DNA of 51,360 bases, counting the filler, from Basidiobolus ranarum (lineage: Eukaryota): assembly GCA_040143965.1 (NCBI GenBank). It is 2 parts of 2 records of this genome, joined end to end, with 100 filler letters (N's around TTAATTAATTAA, not from the genome) between each part and the next. Parts side by side here need not be neighbours in the genome. Positions count along the whole stretch, not along the records: positions 1 to 25,684 come from JASJQH010000140.1; 1 more part is not named here. One strand, 5' to 3'. Shown in pieces: positions 12,116-23,222 of this stretch; positions within the stretch are counted from its first letter, which is position 1, and the number at the start of each line of letters is the position of its first letter. A model generated the notes under the pieces. That model was not told the DNA's origin. It searched no databases and worked only from the letters and a program-made list of their open reading frames with translations. The translations under genes and the position numbers were made by a program.

Positions 12116-13589
12116 ATGCTAACTGGTGATTTCACGCAATCCAACAACATCCCAGAGAAATTTGATTACTCGAACGAGCCAGTGCGTTCTTCAGAGCTAA
12201 TCGTACAAAAAGATCAACCTTTCAATGCTGAACCTGCACTGAACTCTTTGATTCAACATTATGTGACTCCCACCGACGTATTCTTCAAGAGGAATCACGG
12301 GCCTATCCCACTAATTGAGCATGATTCCTACACCTTCCAAGTGGATGGAATTGTCGAGAAGCCTTTAATCGTTGATCTCAATACATTGAAGCAGAACTTC
12401 AAAAAGCACGAAGTCGTTGCCGTAATCCAGGTAAATAGGTAATGTGCTCTCTTGGGTATGTGCTTGTAACTGATTATACGTAATTTCTTTAGTGTGCTGG
12501 TAACCGTCGAGATGGTCTTGCGAAAGTCAAAAAAGTTAAAGGTGTGATATGGGGACCTGGAACGGTAGGTAATGCTGTGTGGGCTGGAGCTAGACTTTGC
12601 GACGTATTGAGAGCGGCTGGTGTTTCTATGGATCTATCAAACCCTATTGTCTCTCAACTGCATGTTTCATTCGAAGCATACGGTAAATCCGAAGAAGACA
12701 CATGCTATGGAAGCTCGATACCATTAGAGATGGCAATGTAAGCTAGAGACCCCGTGCTATGTCAAGTGCACCTGAAAACTAACTCTATTCCTTAGTAATC
12801 CTGCGAACGACGTCCTACTAGCATATGAAATGAACGGTTGTGAGCTGACAAGAGATCACGGATTTCCTTGCCGAGTGATTGTGCCAGGTTAGCTCATCAT
12901 TACCACATTCAAACGTAATTTCACGATCTAATCTCTCCAATAGGTGTAATCGGTGCCCGATCAGTCAAATATCTACGTAAAATCACTATCCAGAATGAGG
13001 AATCCCAAAGCTTTTATCAAAAGATGGACTACAAAGTTCTACCACCATATGTGAACGAGGACAATGCGAATGAATGGTGGGATAAAATGGCAGCATTGCA
13101 GGAGATGATCATTCAGAGCGTCATCTGCGAACCCTGCTCCGGACAAGTGCTTCCACCGGGCCCGGTTACCATTCGTGGTTATGCCTTGTGTGGTGGTGGT
13201 AAGGGAGTTGACCGAGTTGGTAAGTAAACAAGTCGACAATGGCAGATTCTTGTTGACCAAATCTAACTATGATTACAGATGTTTCAGTGGATAATGGTCA
13301 AACCTGGTTAGAAACAACGAAATACCAGGCTGCTACTAGAAGTAAATACTACGCTTGGTGCCTGTGGACGACTACAGTAGACAGTATACCAGATGGTGGC
13401 AAAATCATATGTAGAGCATGTAAGTTGACATTAATTACGAAAATGCCACGAATCTCTCTAACCTTCTATCTAGTCGATACCTGTGGAAATACGCAGCCGG
13501 AATTTCCAATCTGGAATTTCCGAGGTGTAATGAATAACTCGTGGTTTGTTGTAGAGAATCTACGTCAACAGTCCAACACAAAGCTCTGA
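12116..13589 (+). CDS. Sulfite oxidase family molybdopterin oxidoreductase without a cytochrome b5 domain (6 exons: 12116-12430, 12493-12737, 12796-12887, 12944-13219, 13279-13419, 13474-13589)
   Basis: [23 protein letters not shown] (Mo-ligand Cys), [52 protein letters not shown] introns keep the frame; ends -NTKL. Confidence 0.93.
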
Positions 13590-13916
13590 GAATATCACAC
13601 TGTTAATACACATGTTACATCATAAAATTATCACCTGACTCTACCCCAACACACAAATAGCCCTGTATAGAAATGAATAAATCAAGATATTTTATGGCCA
13701 AGCCTAACACTAACTAAATGGATCCGAGTCTAGACCGTCGTACACCTTGAGCATGTGGTGGTGGTAGCACTAAGCAGTTGTTTGAGGGATCATGTGAATG
13801 ATTTATTTTAAATATTTTTGGACAGGTAGGCACCCTTTTGAAAGAGCAAGGGAAATATAAAGAAATAATAAACATGTAAGGAAAATTTCAAAAATCGTCT
13901 CCATCTAAATAGTGAT

Positions 13917-14992
13917 TTAGATTTTTTGTTTCTTTTGAGGAGGATTCTCCTCTTCCAGATCCTCGTCATCATCTTCGAAATCCATCTCACCCACCTCCTC
14001 ATCGTCATCACTGTCACCGCCTTGATAATATGAGAAGGCGTTAGGGAAAAGCTCGTTGGCAATGAGCTCTCCTAGTTCGGCACCTTCTTCGCTGAACCAA
14101 TTGAAGAAACTGTCAAGTTCGGATTCACCATTGTGTGTTAAGTTCTAGAATGGGAAATGTTTAATATGGAGACTGGATTAAGTTCTAAGTGATAAACATC
14201 TCGTTACATTGCCCTCTTTCCACTCGATAGGATGGTTCTTGACCTGTGCGCTATCCTTATCGACTGTGAATTCTTTGATCAATTGAGTGTTGGTGAAGAA
14301 AGGATTTTCATCGAAGGTCTAGAAATTACACGAGTCAGTAACAGGTATTTGTCATAAATTCCCACACTCTTAAATTACCATGATAACTTTGTGACTATTG
14401 GCAACGTCCTCATCTCTTTCGATTGTGATATCGGTCAAGTGGTTCAACACTTCCATATCACCTTCTTCGAGAAGTGAGCCTATTTAAAAATGAAAGATTA
14501 ATCTATTTTCATTGCTTAAAGTGATCGATATATGAAGCTACAAACCAAGAATAGGATGGTTGGAGAGCTAGTGATAAATGTAACATAATAAAATTAATTT
14601 AATAATTGATAGAAATAGCTCCAAAACAGCGAATTCCACTTACTGCAGTAGCCCAGAACTTAGGGATGGAGGTGATAATTCCCTGACGTTTTTCGTAGAC
14701 AGGAGCCTTAATTTTCTCATACTTGGCAGCCAATTTAGCGCTTTCTTCCACTGATCAATATATCGAGTAAAAATTAAAGAAATTAGTATTTGAAAAAAGT
14801 TGGGAAATAGTTCATATATAAAGTAGATTGGTAAGGTGAGCTTTAGATATTATTCAGGCTATACTTACACATTTGCTCCTCAATGTTCTCTAATTGTTGT
14901 TCCACTTCGAGAACCTTGGACCAAGCTTCCTTCAATTTGGGATCGCTTTCGATAGCCTCGAGGCCATTCTTAATCGAGATTGGAGCAGACAT
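13917..14992 (-). CDS. NAP-family histone chaperone (SET/TAF-I/Vps75-like), multi-exon with a 22-nt micro-exon at 14546-14567
   Basis: Spliced peptide PVYEKRQGIITSIPKFWATA-LSNHPIL, FDENPFFTN, IEWKEG, SFFNWFS, acidic tail and basic PPQKKQKI end. Confidence 0.88.
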
Positions 14993-15601
14993 AGTGTGGT
15001 CGAAAATAAATGGAGTAAATCTCAAAGGAAACAACAGTAGCAAGAAGAAAGGGGTGGAAAAGAATAGATCGGGTCCGGATCAAGTCAACTGAAAACTGAC
15101 AAAAAAAAAAGAATATTATTTCATCAACAAAGAATGGCCATACTACGGATCACGTGGTGAATCGATTTCGATTTCTGTCACTTAACAAAGTTAGAGTTAT
15201 GACATTCAACTCATCCATCGTTGTAAGAAAAACACTTTGAATTTAGTCAAACAACATTCACATATATATCACTTCATATTCTCATCTGTATAGAGATCCT
15301 GTACATATTGAGTAGCATTTATTAAAACCCAAGATATCCCCTAGTCCGTTACAACGTAAAGGCAGGGATTTAATTAATTGAGGTGGGTGAGCTAAGCAGG
15401 TGAGCTAGGCACTCCTGGACCGATACTACGATTGCATATAACCAATAACTTTGTAGGCTCAAGTTTGCTCATATGCAAGAATAGTATTGTATATAGCATT
15501 ACACGGTACAATACTTAGAATTCGTGAGAGATGCTATTGCGATTTAAAAAGCCAGCTTGGTCCCTGTTCGATTTTTATCTTGTCAACACTTCTTCTGCCA
15601 A

Positions 15602-16206
15602 ATGATCTCCTTGCTTCGTCTACTCGCCTTTCTCTTGCTAGGCTCCACCTCTTTTGTCTGGGCACACTTTGAAATTGTCAGTCCCTCTGGTGGAAATGTT
15701 TATATTGACACCACTGTTGCTATTGAATGGTAAGGATTGAACCAGCCTCCAACTATCATTGATCTTAATCTCACACCTTATTCAATAGGAAAGAAACTAG
15801 TGGCCAGCCTACTCCAGATATATTGACTTTTCAATTATTCGATGGCCCTCTGAATGCTCAACAACCAGTCACAGTCATTGTTACTGCCATAAAATCCAAT
15901 ATTGGATTCTATGAATGGTACGTCTCACCTAAGATTAGTGAAGGTAGCCAATATACCGTTAGTGCTGGGTTAGCTGGTGCTCGAGTGTTTAGCAAACCTT
16001 TTTCAATCATCCACCCTGATTCAAAGATGAAGAAAAGGAATCAACTGGCGAATGCCATAGCCACCAACACAACAAGTAACTCCACCACTCCTGGTACCTC
16101 CACACAGGCGCCTAGAGCCAATGAAACTACTCAAGTAGAAACTTGGTCAAAACACTCTCTAATAGCCATTGCTTTACTGAGCACGTACTTACTGAGCTAT
16201 ATATAA
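15602..16206 (+). CDS. Small secreted Ser/Thr-rich, probably GPI-anchored cell-surface protein with a Kre9/KNH-like N-terminal beta domain (exons 15602-15729, 15789-16206)
   Basis: Signal peptide MISLLRLLAFLLLGSTSFVWA; FEIVSP...IEW...GFYEWYV...FSKPFSI pattern; Thr/Ser stretch; hydrophobic C-terminus. Confidence 0.75.
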
Positions 16207-16448
16207 TTATTACCACATATCTTTAGTAATATACGCTAATTAATCTAGAATCAGAGCAACATCCATATTCATATGACACGTATCATAAAATCCATTCAAC
16301 AGTTACAAGTGCTTTCGTATCCCAAAATATCAGATAGTAAAATAAACATCAAATCTGCTTTCGCCTAATAAGTATGTCTTTATTCCGCAACCATCTTCTG
16401 GGAAGAGGGTATGAATATCAACCTAGCATCCATGTAACATTGAATAAA

Positions 16449-16983
16449 TTAAGCCTTAACAGCGAACTTTCTTTGAGGGAAGTGGATATCCTTCTTTTGC
16501 TGTCTGACAGTCTTACGGGTAACCTCGAACTTGGTCAAACGACGACGGATAGCACGGGTCTTCTTGTAACGAAGATCCAAAGGCAAGTATTTACGGCCCT
16601 CTTGCTTATACAAGAGACGAATGTTTTGACGCTCAGTTTGGGTGATAACGGTAAGAACACGGGCAATAGACTTGCGAACGGTATTGCTACAAATATGAAA
16701 CAGTCAATAATACAATTTAGTGCTTACATGGCCAGAAAAGGGACTTACATCTTGGTCAACTTGGAAGCAGCACCGCCAGCAACCTTTTGAACTCTCAAGG
16801 AAGAGAGTTCTTGCTTGAGTTCATCAAGTTCCTTCTTGAGTTCGTCCTTGGACTTGTTGCGAAGTTCGTGAGCCGATACTTTAGCCTAAAGTGGAATAAA
16901 ATTTTAACTCTTACAATCCATATAACAAATGCTGTAGAATTGAGTTGGATGGATGTATCACAGAAAGGATTAAGCCTTACCAT
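16449..16983 (-). CDS. RPL35: 60S ribosomal protein L35 (uL29); first coding exon is ATG only; introns 16886-16980 and 16687-16748
   Basis: [47 protein letters not shown]...[11 protein letters not shown]...[19 protein letters not shown]...[10 protein letters not shown]. Confidence 0.96.
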
Positions 16984-17444
16984 TTGTCTAATTGAATAAG
17001 TTAAAGGCCTCCGGGGAGAGAAAGGTCGAAAACTTACCGAAACTACTTATTTTTATGAATCTTGATCAACTCTTGTTTTGATCAAAATTAAAAAAATCCC
17101 TTATTTAATAAAATATACATAACATACAATATGATTTGTTCTTGGTAAACATTCCTTTTACACTACACATAATATAACCCAAGTCTATGAGATTCGACCA
17201 TATTGGGTAGATTTAACATATTTTGACTGAAGTGAACAGGCTTGCAAAATAGAAAAGAAATCATTTCAAGATAACGAAGCGCAATGTTGAGTTTAAATTA
17301 TTTATATACAACTTCATAAACAAATATGGATTTTTTTCAATAATAGAAAAGAAACAACACATGAATCTTTTGGTTCGATAAAAATAGTTCGACACATCCA
17401 TTAAATACCTATGGAAATAGGTACATTTATTCTTGAGGAAACAT

Positions 17445-18238
17445 TTAACGGTAACGTCTAAGAGACAAGGTGTTTCTCTTAATCCAGTTATTGCGTCTGC
17501 CAGAACCGATGGTCTTGTTGAAGGCATGTCCCTTACCGTGACCACGGTTCTTCTTACCGATGGCAGTAAGACCACGAGCTTCACGACGCTTATGAACTGG
17601 GTTACAGATCCAGTTGATGCGAGCATCACGGCGGATAGCCTTGTGAGAAGGATCAACAAGGATGATTTCAAAGTACTTGTAAGTAGAATCTTGATTGACC
17701 CAGTAAGAGTTCAAAACGCGAAGATTGGCACATTTGCGGCCAACACGTTCCTCAGCGGTAGCACGGAGGGAGCGTTGATACTTGAGATGGTTGATACCTT
17801 GGTTGACGGGCTTACCGAATTGAGCACCCTTGGAGACAGGTCTCTTACGGTTTCCACGGCGAACACGGATACGGTAGATTACGTATCCTTGCTTGGCCTT
17901 GTATCCAAGACGACGAGCCTTGTCAGGGCGAGAAGGACGGGAAGCACGATGAATAACATTCAATTGTCTACGATAAAAATTGAAAATTGAAAAAACAAAG
18001 GTTATTCATGTTATCCCTGAACAATAGTCATCGGAATATTGGGGGAACCAGTACACAGCCCAAGTTGATTATGATAATCAACCTAGATATAATGCTGCAG
18101 GTCTTCCCATAGCCCAATATTAACCTAACAGGGAAACAATCAGTACCTATACTCCCAGCATCTGACACGAAGCAAAAAGCCCATGACATCGGATTGCTTT
18201 TTCTTGTATAATTCTTCGATATATTTGTAGGCACCCAT
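17445..18238 (-). CDS. RPL15: 60S ribosomal protein L15 (eL15); exons 18238-18147 and 17967-17445; probable 5'UTR intron 18254-18310
   Basis: [58 protein letters not shown]...NTLSLRRYR. Confidence 0.97.
18009..18138 (-). ncRNA. Long structured RNA hairpin within the RPL15 coding intron (candidate cis-regulatory element)
   Basis: Nested helices UGUU-UCCCUG/CAGGGA-UAACA, AAUAUUGGG/CCCAAUAUU, GACC/GGUU, UGCAGC/GCUGUG, CUAGGUUGAUUA/UAAUCAACUUGG; several G-U pairs form only on the transcribed strand. Confidence 0.65.
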
Positions 18239-18534
18239 TGTAGCTTGTGCTTTCTATAAACAGGTGTTAATATGAGATACAGAAGTTGTAATGACGGTTG
18301 CTTTACTTACCTATAATATGTCCACAGTGAATGAAAAAGAGGGAGAACTCACTACCATTTCCTCATATCTTTTATTGATCTGGGAAATTAAAAGGTGACC
18401 CGGCTCCTCTTTTTTTTAATCTTCAGCCAACCATCTGTGTTGCTTGAGATTCATGAAGGGACACAACATTCACTACACAAATAGCCCCAGAAATCAAGTT
18501 TATTCTCATTATGGCTTAGGTTTAGCGATAATAA

Positions 18535-19479
18535 TCAAACACCATACATATTTCTAGCGTTCTCTCGAGTAACAGTTAGTACTCTTTCGAGGGGAATATT
18601 GCTTAATTCCTCAACTTTCTCTGCGATGTAAGGTATCATTCCTGGGTGGGACACTTTGATTCTACCAAATTCACGGTTAATCTTATTTGGCACCATAAAT
18701 GGACCATCGGTTTCTAGCAAAAGTCGAGTGACTGGTGCAATATTTCTTACTATTTCTTGAATATCTTTAGCGGAGGAGAAAGTGACAACACCAGTGATAC
18801 CAAGATAGAGGTTGTTAAAGTGGAATAGTAAACGCTCAGCTAAACTCGGAGAAGAGGTAAAGCAGTGAACGTGAACTTTCCAATTTTTTGGAATATATCC
18901 TTTCATAATCTCCCAAGTGTCTTCTTCAGCCTCTCTAGTATGAATCACGATGGGTTTGTTATTTCGCAAAGCAAGTTTAATCTGTCTTATGAACACTTTT
19001 TTTTGAGTTTCTGGAGAACTTCTCCTATAGTGATAATCTAGCCCCATTTCTCCACATGCGACAACCTTGGGTAAAGATAGGAAAATTTCAAGCTTGCGTT
19101 CAACAGTATCTGTGTATGCTGAAGCATGATGCGGATGTACACCCACTGAATGATATACCAACTCATGCTGGATATCATGATACTTATCAAAATCCTTCGG
19201 GTCACATAGGATATTGATACAAGAGTCCAAATTACTTGGAAAACAAGTTTTGTAAAGTGTATTGTAGTCTGGAATATTATCCTTACCAGCGAAGTCAAGT
19301 ATGTAATTCAGGTGACAGTGTGTATCTACGAATGGTACCTTTGATATGAACCGTAGCTCTTGAGCATGTGGGAAACTCAATCCCAGTTTACCACTTGAAA
19401 ACGGTCTGCGTGAAGTTATTGCTTTTCCTGAAAATAAACCATTGAAATGTGCAATAGCTCTCTGTCTGTAGACCAACAT
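18535..19479 (-). CDS. TatD-family deoxyribonuclease with a basic N-terminal extension (possible mitochondrial presequence)
   Basis: VDTHCHL, SVGVHPH, GEMGLDY, IHTREAEED, HCFT, LLETDGPF; first ATG at 19479. Confidence 0.92.
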   Translation of the reverse strand: MLVYRQRAIAHFNGLFSGKAITSRRPFSSGKLGLSFPHAQELRFISKVPFVDTHCHLNYILDFAGKDNIPDYNTLYKTCFPSNLDSCINILCDPKDFDKYHDIQHELVYHSVGVHPHHASAYTDTVERKLEIFLSLPKVVACGEMGLDYHYRRSSPETQKKVFIRQIKLALRNNKPIVIHTREAEEDTWEIMKGYIPKNWKVHVHCFTSSPSLAERLLFHFNNLYLGITGVVTFSSAKDIQEIVRNIAPVTRLLLETDGPFMVPNKINREFGRIKVSHPGMIPYIAEKVEELSNIPLERVLTVTRENARNMYGV

Positions 19480-19720
19480 AGTTACAGCGAAAGTAGTCAA
19501 AGTAAAACTTATCTAAAATTTAGTAGCCCAGTTTTGATGCTTACAGAAAATTGGGGTCATAAATAGACGATATACGTAAAATCAACCATGAATCAAAGAA
19601 ATGTCCATTGTTACCCGACACAAGATAAAATATATAGAAGATGTATAATTCCATGTTGATACAAAATGAAAGTTAACTGGAACTTTATTTAGAACGAAAA
19701 AGAAATTCAGTCGCAAAAAC

Positions 19721-20167
19721 TTATTCTTGACGACGGCTGGCTCCACGGAATTCAGGCTTGAAATCACCGGAGGCACCTTCCTTCTTGGCACCGTCATCAC
19801 GACGTCTGTAACCTTCACGGTCACCACGGGGACCACGGAATGGACGATCACCTTCTTGACGAGGACGAATACCGACGGGCTTGGCGGTCTTCTTCATGGT
19901 GGCGGGGACGATCTCAGCAGGCAAGTGAAGATATTCACGGAGATACTCGATACCTTCGTTGGTAAGGAAGTAGTAATAATGTTGCCACGAGAATTGGGTC
20001 TTGACCAAACCACGGGAGTTAAGGGATTGCATGGCCTTGATGACTTGAAGGTTAGGAACATCAAGTTCATCATGCTTAGGAGCATTGAAGTCCTTTTTGG
20101 CGACCATGACGCCTTCCTTGAAGAGGCTCTCGTAGATGACCTTTCTGTTCTGCTTGGAAATAAGCAT
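19721..20167 (-). CDS. RPS10: 40S ribosomal protein S10 (eS10); probable 5'UTR intron 20181-20367
   Basis: [32 protein letters not shown]...[33 protein letters not shown]; donor GTTAGT at 20367, GCTAAC branch point and CAG acceptor at 20181. Confidence 0.96.
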   Translation of the reverse strand: MLISKQNRKVIYESLFKEGVMVAKKDFNAPKHDELDVPNLQVIKAMQSLNSRGLVKTQFSWQHYYYFLTNEGIEYLREYLHLPAEIVPATMKKTAKPVGIRPRQEGDRPFRGPRGDREGYRRRDDGAKKEGASGDFKPEFRGASRRQE

Positions 20168-20238
20168 GTTTGCAAGGTAACTGTGGGAGAGAAAATACAA
20201 ATGGTTAGCTTTTTGAAAATTCCACTTTAACTGAAGTA

Positions 20239-20342
20239 TGGATGGATTATGTGAGCGATTGGATACACCCGTAACCCAACTACACTAAACCACGGTCATA
20301 AATATTTACTTCACTGTCCATCCTTTCCCAACAATCCATCCA
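20239..20342 (-). ncRNA. Structured hairpin in the RPS10 5'UTR intron (candidate cis-regulatory element)
   Basis: 12-bp closing helix UGGAUGGAUUGU/AUAAUCCAUCCA, then UGGG/CUCA and GGAUGGAC/GUGUAUCC. Confidence 0.55.
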
Positions 20343-20759
20343 ATTGCAAATATTGAACTTTACTAACCTTTCTAAAGGAAAGAATTCCGAGGTTACGGCA
20401 GAAGAGAGGGATCTAACAATGTAGTTTCTCAATAATTTAAGGCACTACCTTGGTCATCCCTGTAAAGATTTTTTTGAAAATTTTGGCTTCAAATTGATTC
20501 AATCTATGAGGCTTTTCATTGGTTCTATAATCTCTGATAAAATGATCAAAAAAAAAGCGCCTTTTCCGAATCCCGGTATTTTATGGAGGAGAGAGTTTGC
20601 TTAAATGTACTACGTTATGTTAACATTAAACCACTGTATGATGACAAAAGAGCTGACACCGGGTTGAAGGAATATATTCAAAATGTTGATCGAAAGCCAG
20701 GAGAATTCGAAGGGTCTGTGCTAAGATGAGTTGGCTGGAATGATTATTAACAATGATGC

Positions 20760-21312
20760 TTAGTAAGGATCTTTGGATTAGTAATCGGTTCCTAATTCCC
20801 CACCGACCTGATAATCCACTTGCCGCCTATCCACCACAGCACTAGTATTGTTAAGGATAAATTAATCACTGATAGAAGCTGCCGAAGTCACGATTAATCT
20901 AGGAGCTATTAGCTCAAGTGCCAAGGTGATCAATATATACCCTGCTGTCACAGCCTCGAAGTGTTTTGTCATCTAAGCCTTGATTGATGATCAACGAATT
21001 CTTCACAGAAAATAGCGTGATCACTACAATCTCCTATTTAATTGGATGGAAAGCATGATATTTAATGGATTTTAGTAATAGTTGCCGATGGTTATTCCGA
21101 TTAATAATGGTGATATTAATATGGTAACCAATGGTTCGGTTTCAACAATATATTAGTCATCATCTACTATTCCATCCCCACCGCTCCACAATATTGAACT
21201 TTAAGCTAACAGCAATAGCCAATCTGAGCTGACTCATTACTAAAATCATCACTCATATGGTTACGGTTTTATCCTTAGTCCGATGTGGAAACCTGATTTT
21301 TACGCTTAGTAA
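20760..21312. promoter_or_regulatory. Cluster of bZIP (Yap/AP-1/Gcn4-type) consensus sites upstream of the cyclin gene
   Basis: TTAGTAA/TTACTAA at 20760, 20778, 21072, 21237, 21306; TTAGTCA at 21153; TGACTCA at 21230. Confidence 0.4.
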
Positions 21313-21503
21313 GTATAATACATCAATAGCCAGATCACCAGTTAGGCCTGTCTCTTACCTTTTTCCTTATGAATAAACCATTTCTTTGTTTCAAATTCCT
21401 TGGGCAAGAATACACCTTCATATTATAATACTCCACTTACTTGACTAGTATATTTCCTTTACCAGCCACTTTTCATACTGAATTCCCAGTTTCTTTCTTG
21501 CGA

Positions 21504-22471
21504 ATGGACCCACTTTTACTTCAACAATCCAAAGGGACTGTAACTCCCCCCGTCCGACAAAAAATCTCTCACGGATTAATCGGTAAATATGTTAATCTAG
21601 CCTTTGAATGTCATGGGAACATATGCCTACTTAGCTGAAATCCCTTTCTAATTGTTCAACTTTACTATTTCTAGACGCTGCTTATTCTATCATCGAATCG
21701 ATATGGCCTAGTCACTCAATATGTAAAACGATAGCTCTAACCCCACTGAAGCCTTTTCTTGTGCAAACGCTACGAGAATCAAAAGTATCTATTATTACTC
21801 TTCAAATAGCTTTAATGTATTTATTACGTATCAAAATTGCTGGCAATTATGCGAATAGTTGTCCTGGTGGACCACCCAATTTTGCTAAATGTGGACGTCG
21901 AATGTTTATTGCTGCGCTTATTGTAGCAGGAAAGTTTATTCAAGACAAACATGTTAAAAACTGTGTGTGGGCGAAGTTCACTCGAACTCCTCTACTAGAG
22001 ATAAACATGGTAGAGTTGGCTTTTCTACGGTTGATCGATTACAATCTCTTCGTTCCCGCTGCTGCCTTTGTTCGTTGGTCAACATTACTCAGTAACTACA
22101 TATGCACCAAGGAGTCCTGCCCGCCCTTAACTGCATCATGCGAAGAGTTGTTTGGACATCTTTCTAAACCTAATCGAAAATACAATCGATTTTCGCCTTA
22201 TGTTTCACATCGTCGTAAGGGTATTCACCCAAAATCGATTAGCGTAGATAGTGATTCTATGCCGGTGGAGTCTGTCCGATTCGATTATGTTCCGCAGTTA
22301 CCATTAGCACAGCCTCTGGGTGAAGCATTCCGCTGGAATTCTATTCCGATCAAGACTGTAGAGACACTACACAAGCGATCCTCAAGTCAATTTCAATCTT
22401 CGCCTCCAGGATTACAGCCAAGAAGTCCCATATCGAATACCAGTTCGCCAGAAGAGTCGATGGTGCCTTAA
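21504..22471 (+). CDS. Pho80/Pcl-family cyclin (Pcl5/Clg1-like); exons 21504-21582 and 21675-22471
   Basis: Cyclin box TLQIALMYLLRIK...CGRRMFIAALIVAGKFIQDKHVKNCVWAKFT...EINMVELAFLRLIDYNLFV; Ser/Pro-rich C-terminus. Confidence 0.85.
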
Positions 22472-23222
22472 TATTGTACGTAATAGGAGCTTGTGCATTT
22501 AGCACTGTACATTTGGAATAATGAACCCTTTAGTCAGCTCGATCCTGCTTATTTCTCAACTGGATTAGAATCCTAATTCTCACATACCCCTGCTTATGTG
22601 GTGTCTATCCACGAGGCCCTTATTTCATCCCACTCCACCGAAGAGTGACCAGCGTACCGACACACGATATGTGGATAGTTTACTTCCAAGCTGGCACCTT
22701 CCATATTGTCGAGATGGTCATTGGTCAAATACGACCGCATTAGCAAATGGACCTATCAAAGCATACTATACCCCAATTCCCATGGTAACTATAGAATTTT
22801 ATTGGATAAGAATGAGTAGACTCCGGATAAGTCTATCAAATTCATAGTTGATAATTTAATCTATTTTAAAGGAATTCTTCATCTTCACCTTGACTTCGAT
22901 TCCTCAAATCAAGGACTAGATCGATGTATTCATGTAAATAAAGTGAAATTTGGAAATTCTTTTTATTCTCTAAAACGTACTTTCTGTAAGTTACAGTTAG
23001 ATCTGCAGAAACCAGAGAATAGACCTAACCACGGTGAAGGCTAGATTGCTATCTTGTCTATAAAGGGATCTGCTAGTATGGCTTCTTTTATCCCAGTCAG
23101 ATACATTGGGTAGATATTGACATTAAAGGTTCAATGATATACTTAACGTGTGGGTATTTCCTTTCCAGTTTCCGTTAGTTGAAAGGAAGTTTGTTAAATG
23201 AATGATTTCACTTTCTGTGAGT

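Noticed and set aside
16374-20230. Long plus-strand ORFs 16374-16790, 17433-17990 and 19727-20230
   Set aside because: Antisense shadows of the codon-biased RPL35, RPL15 and RPS10 genes
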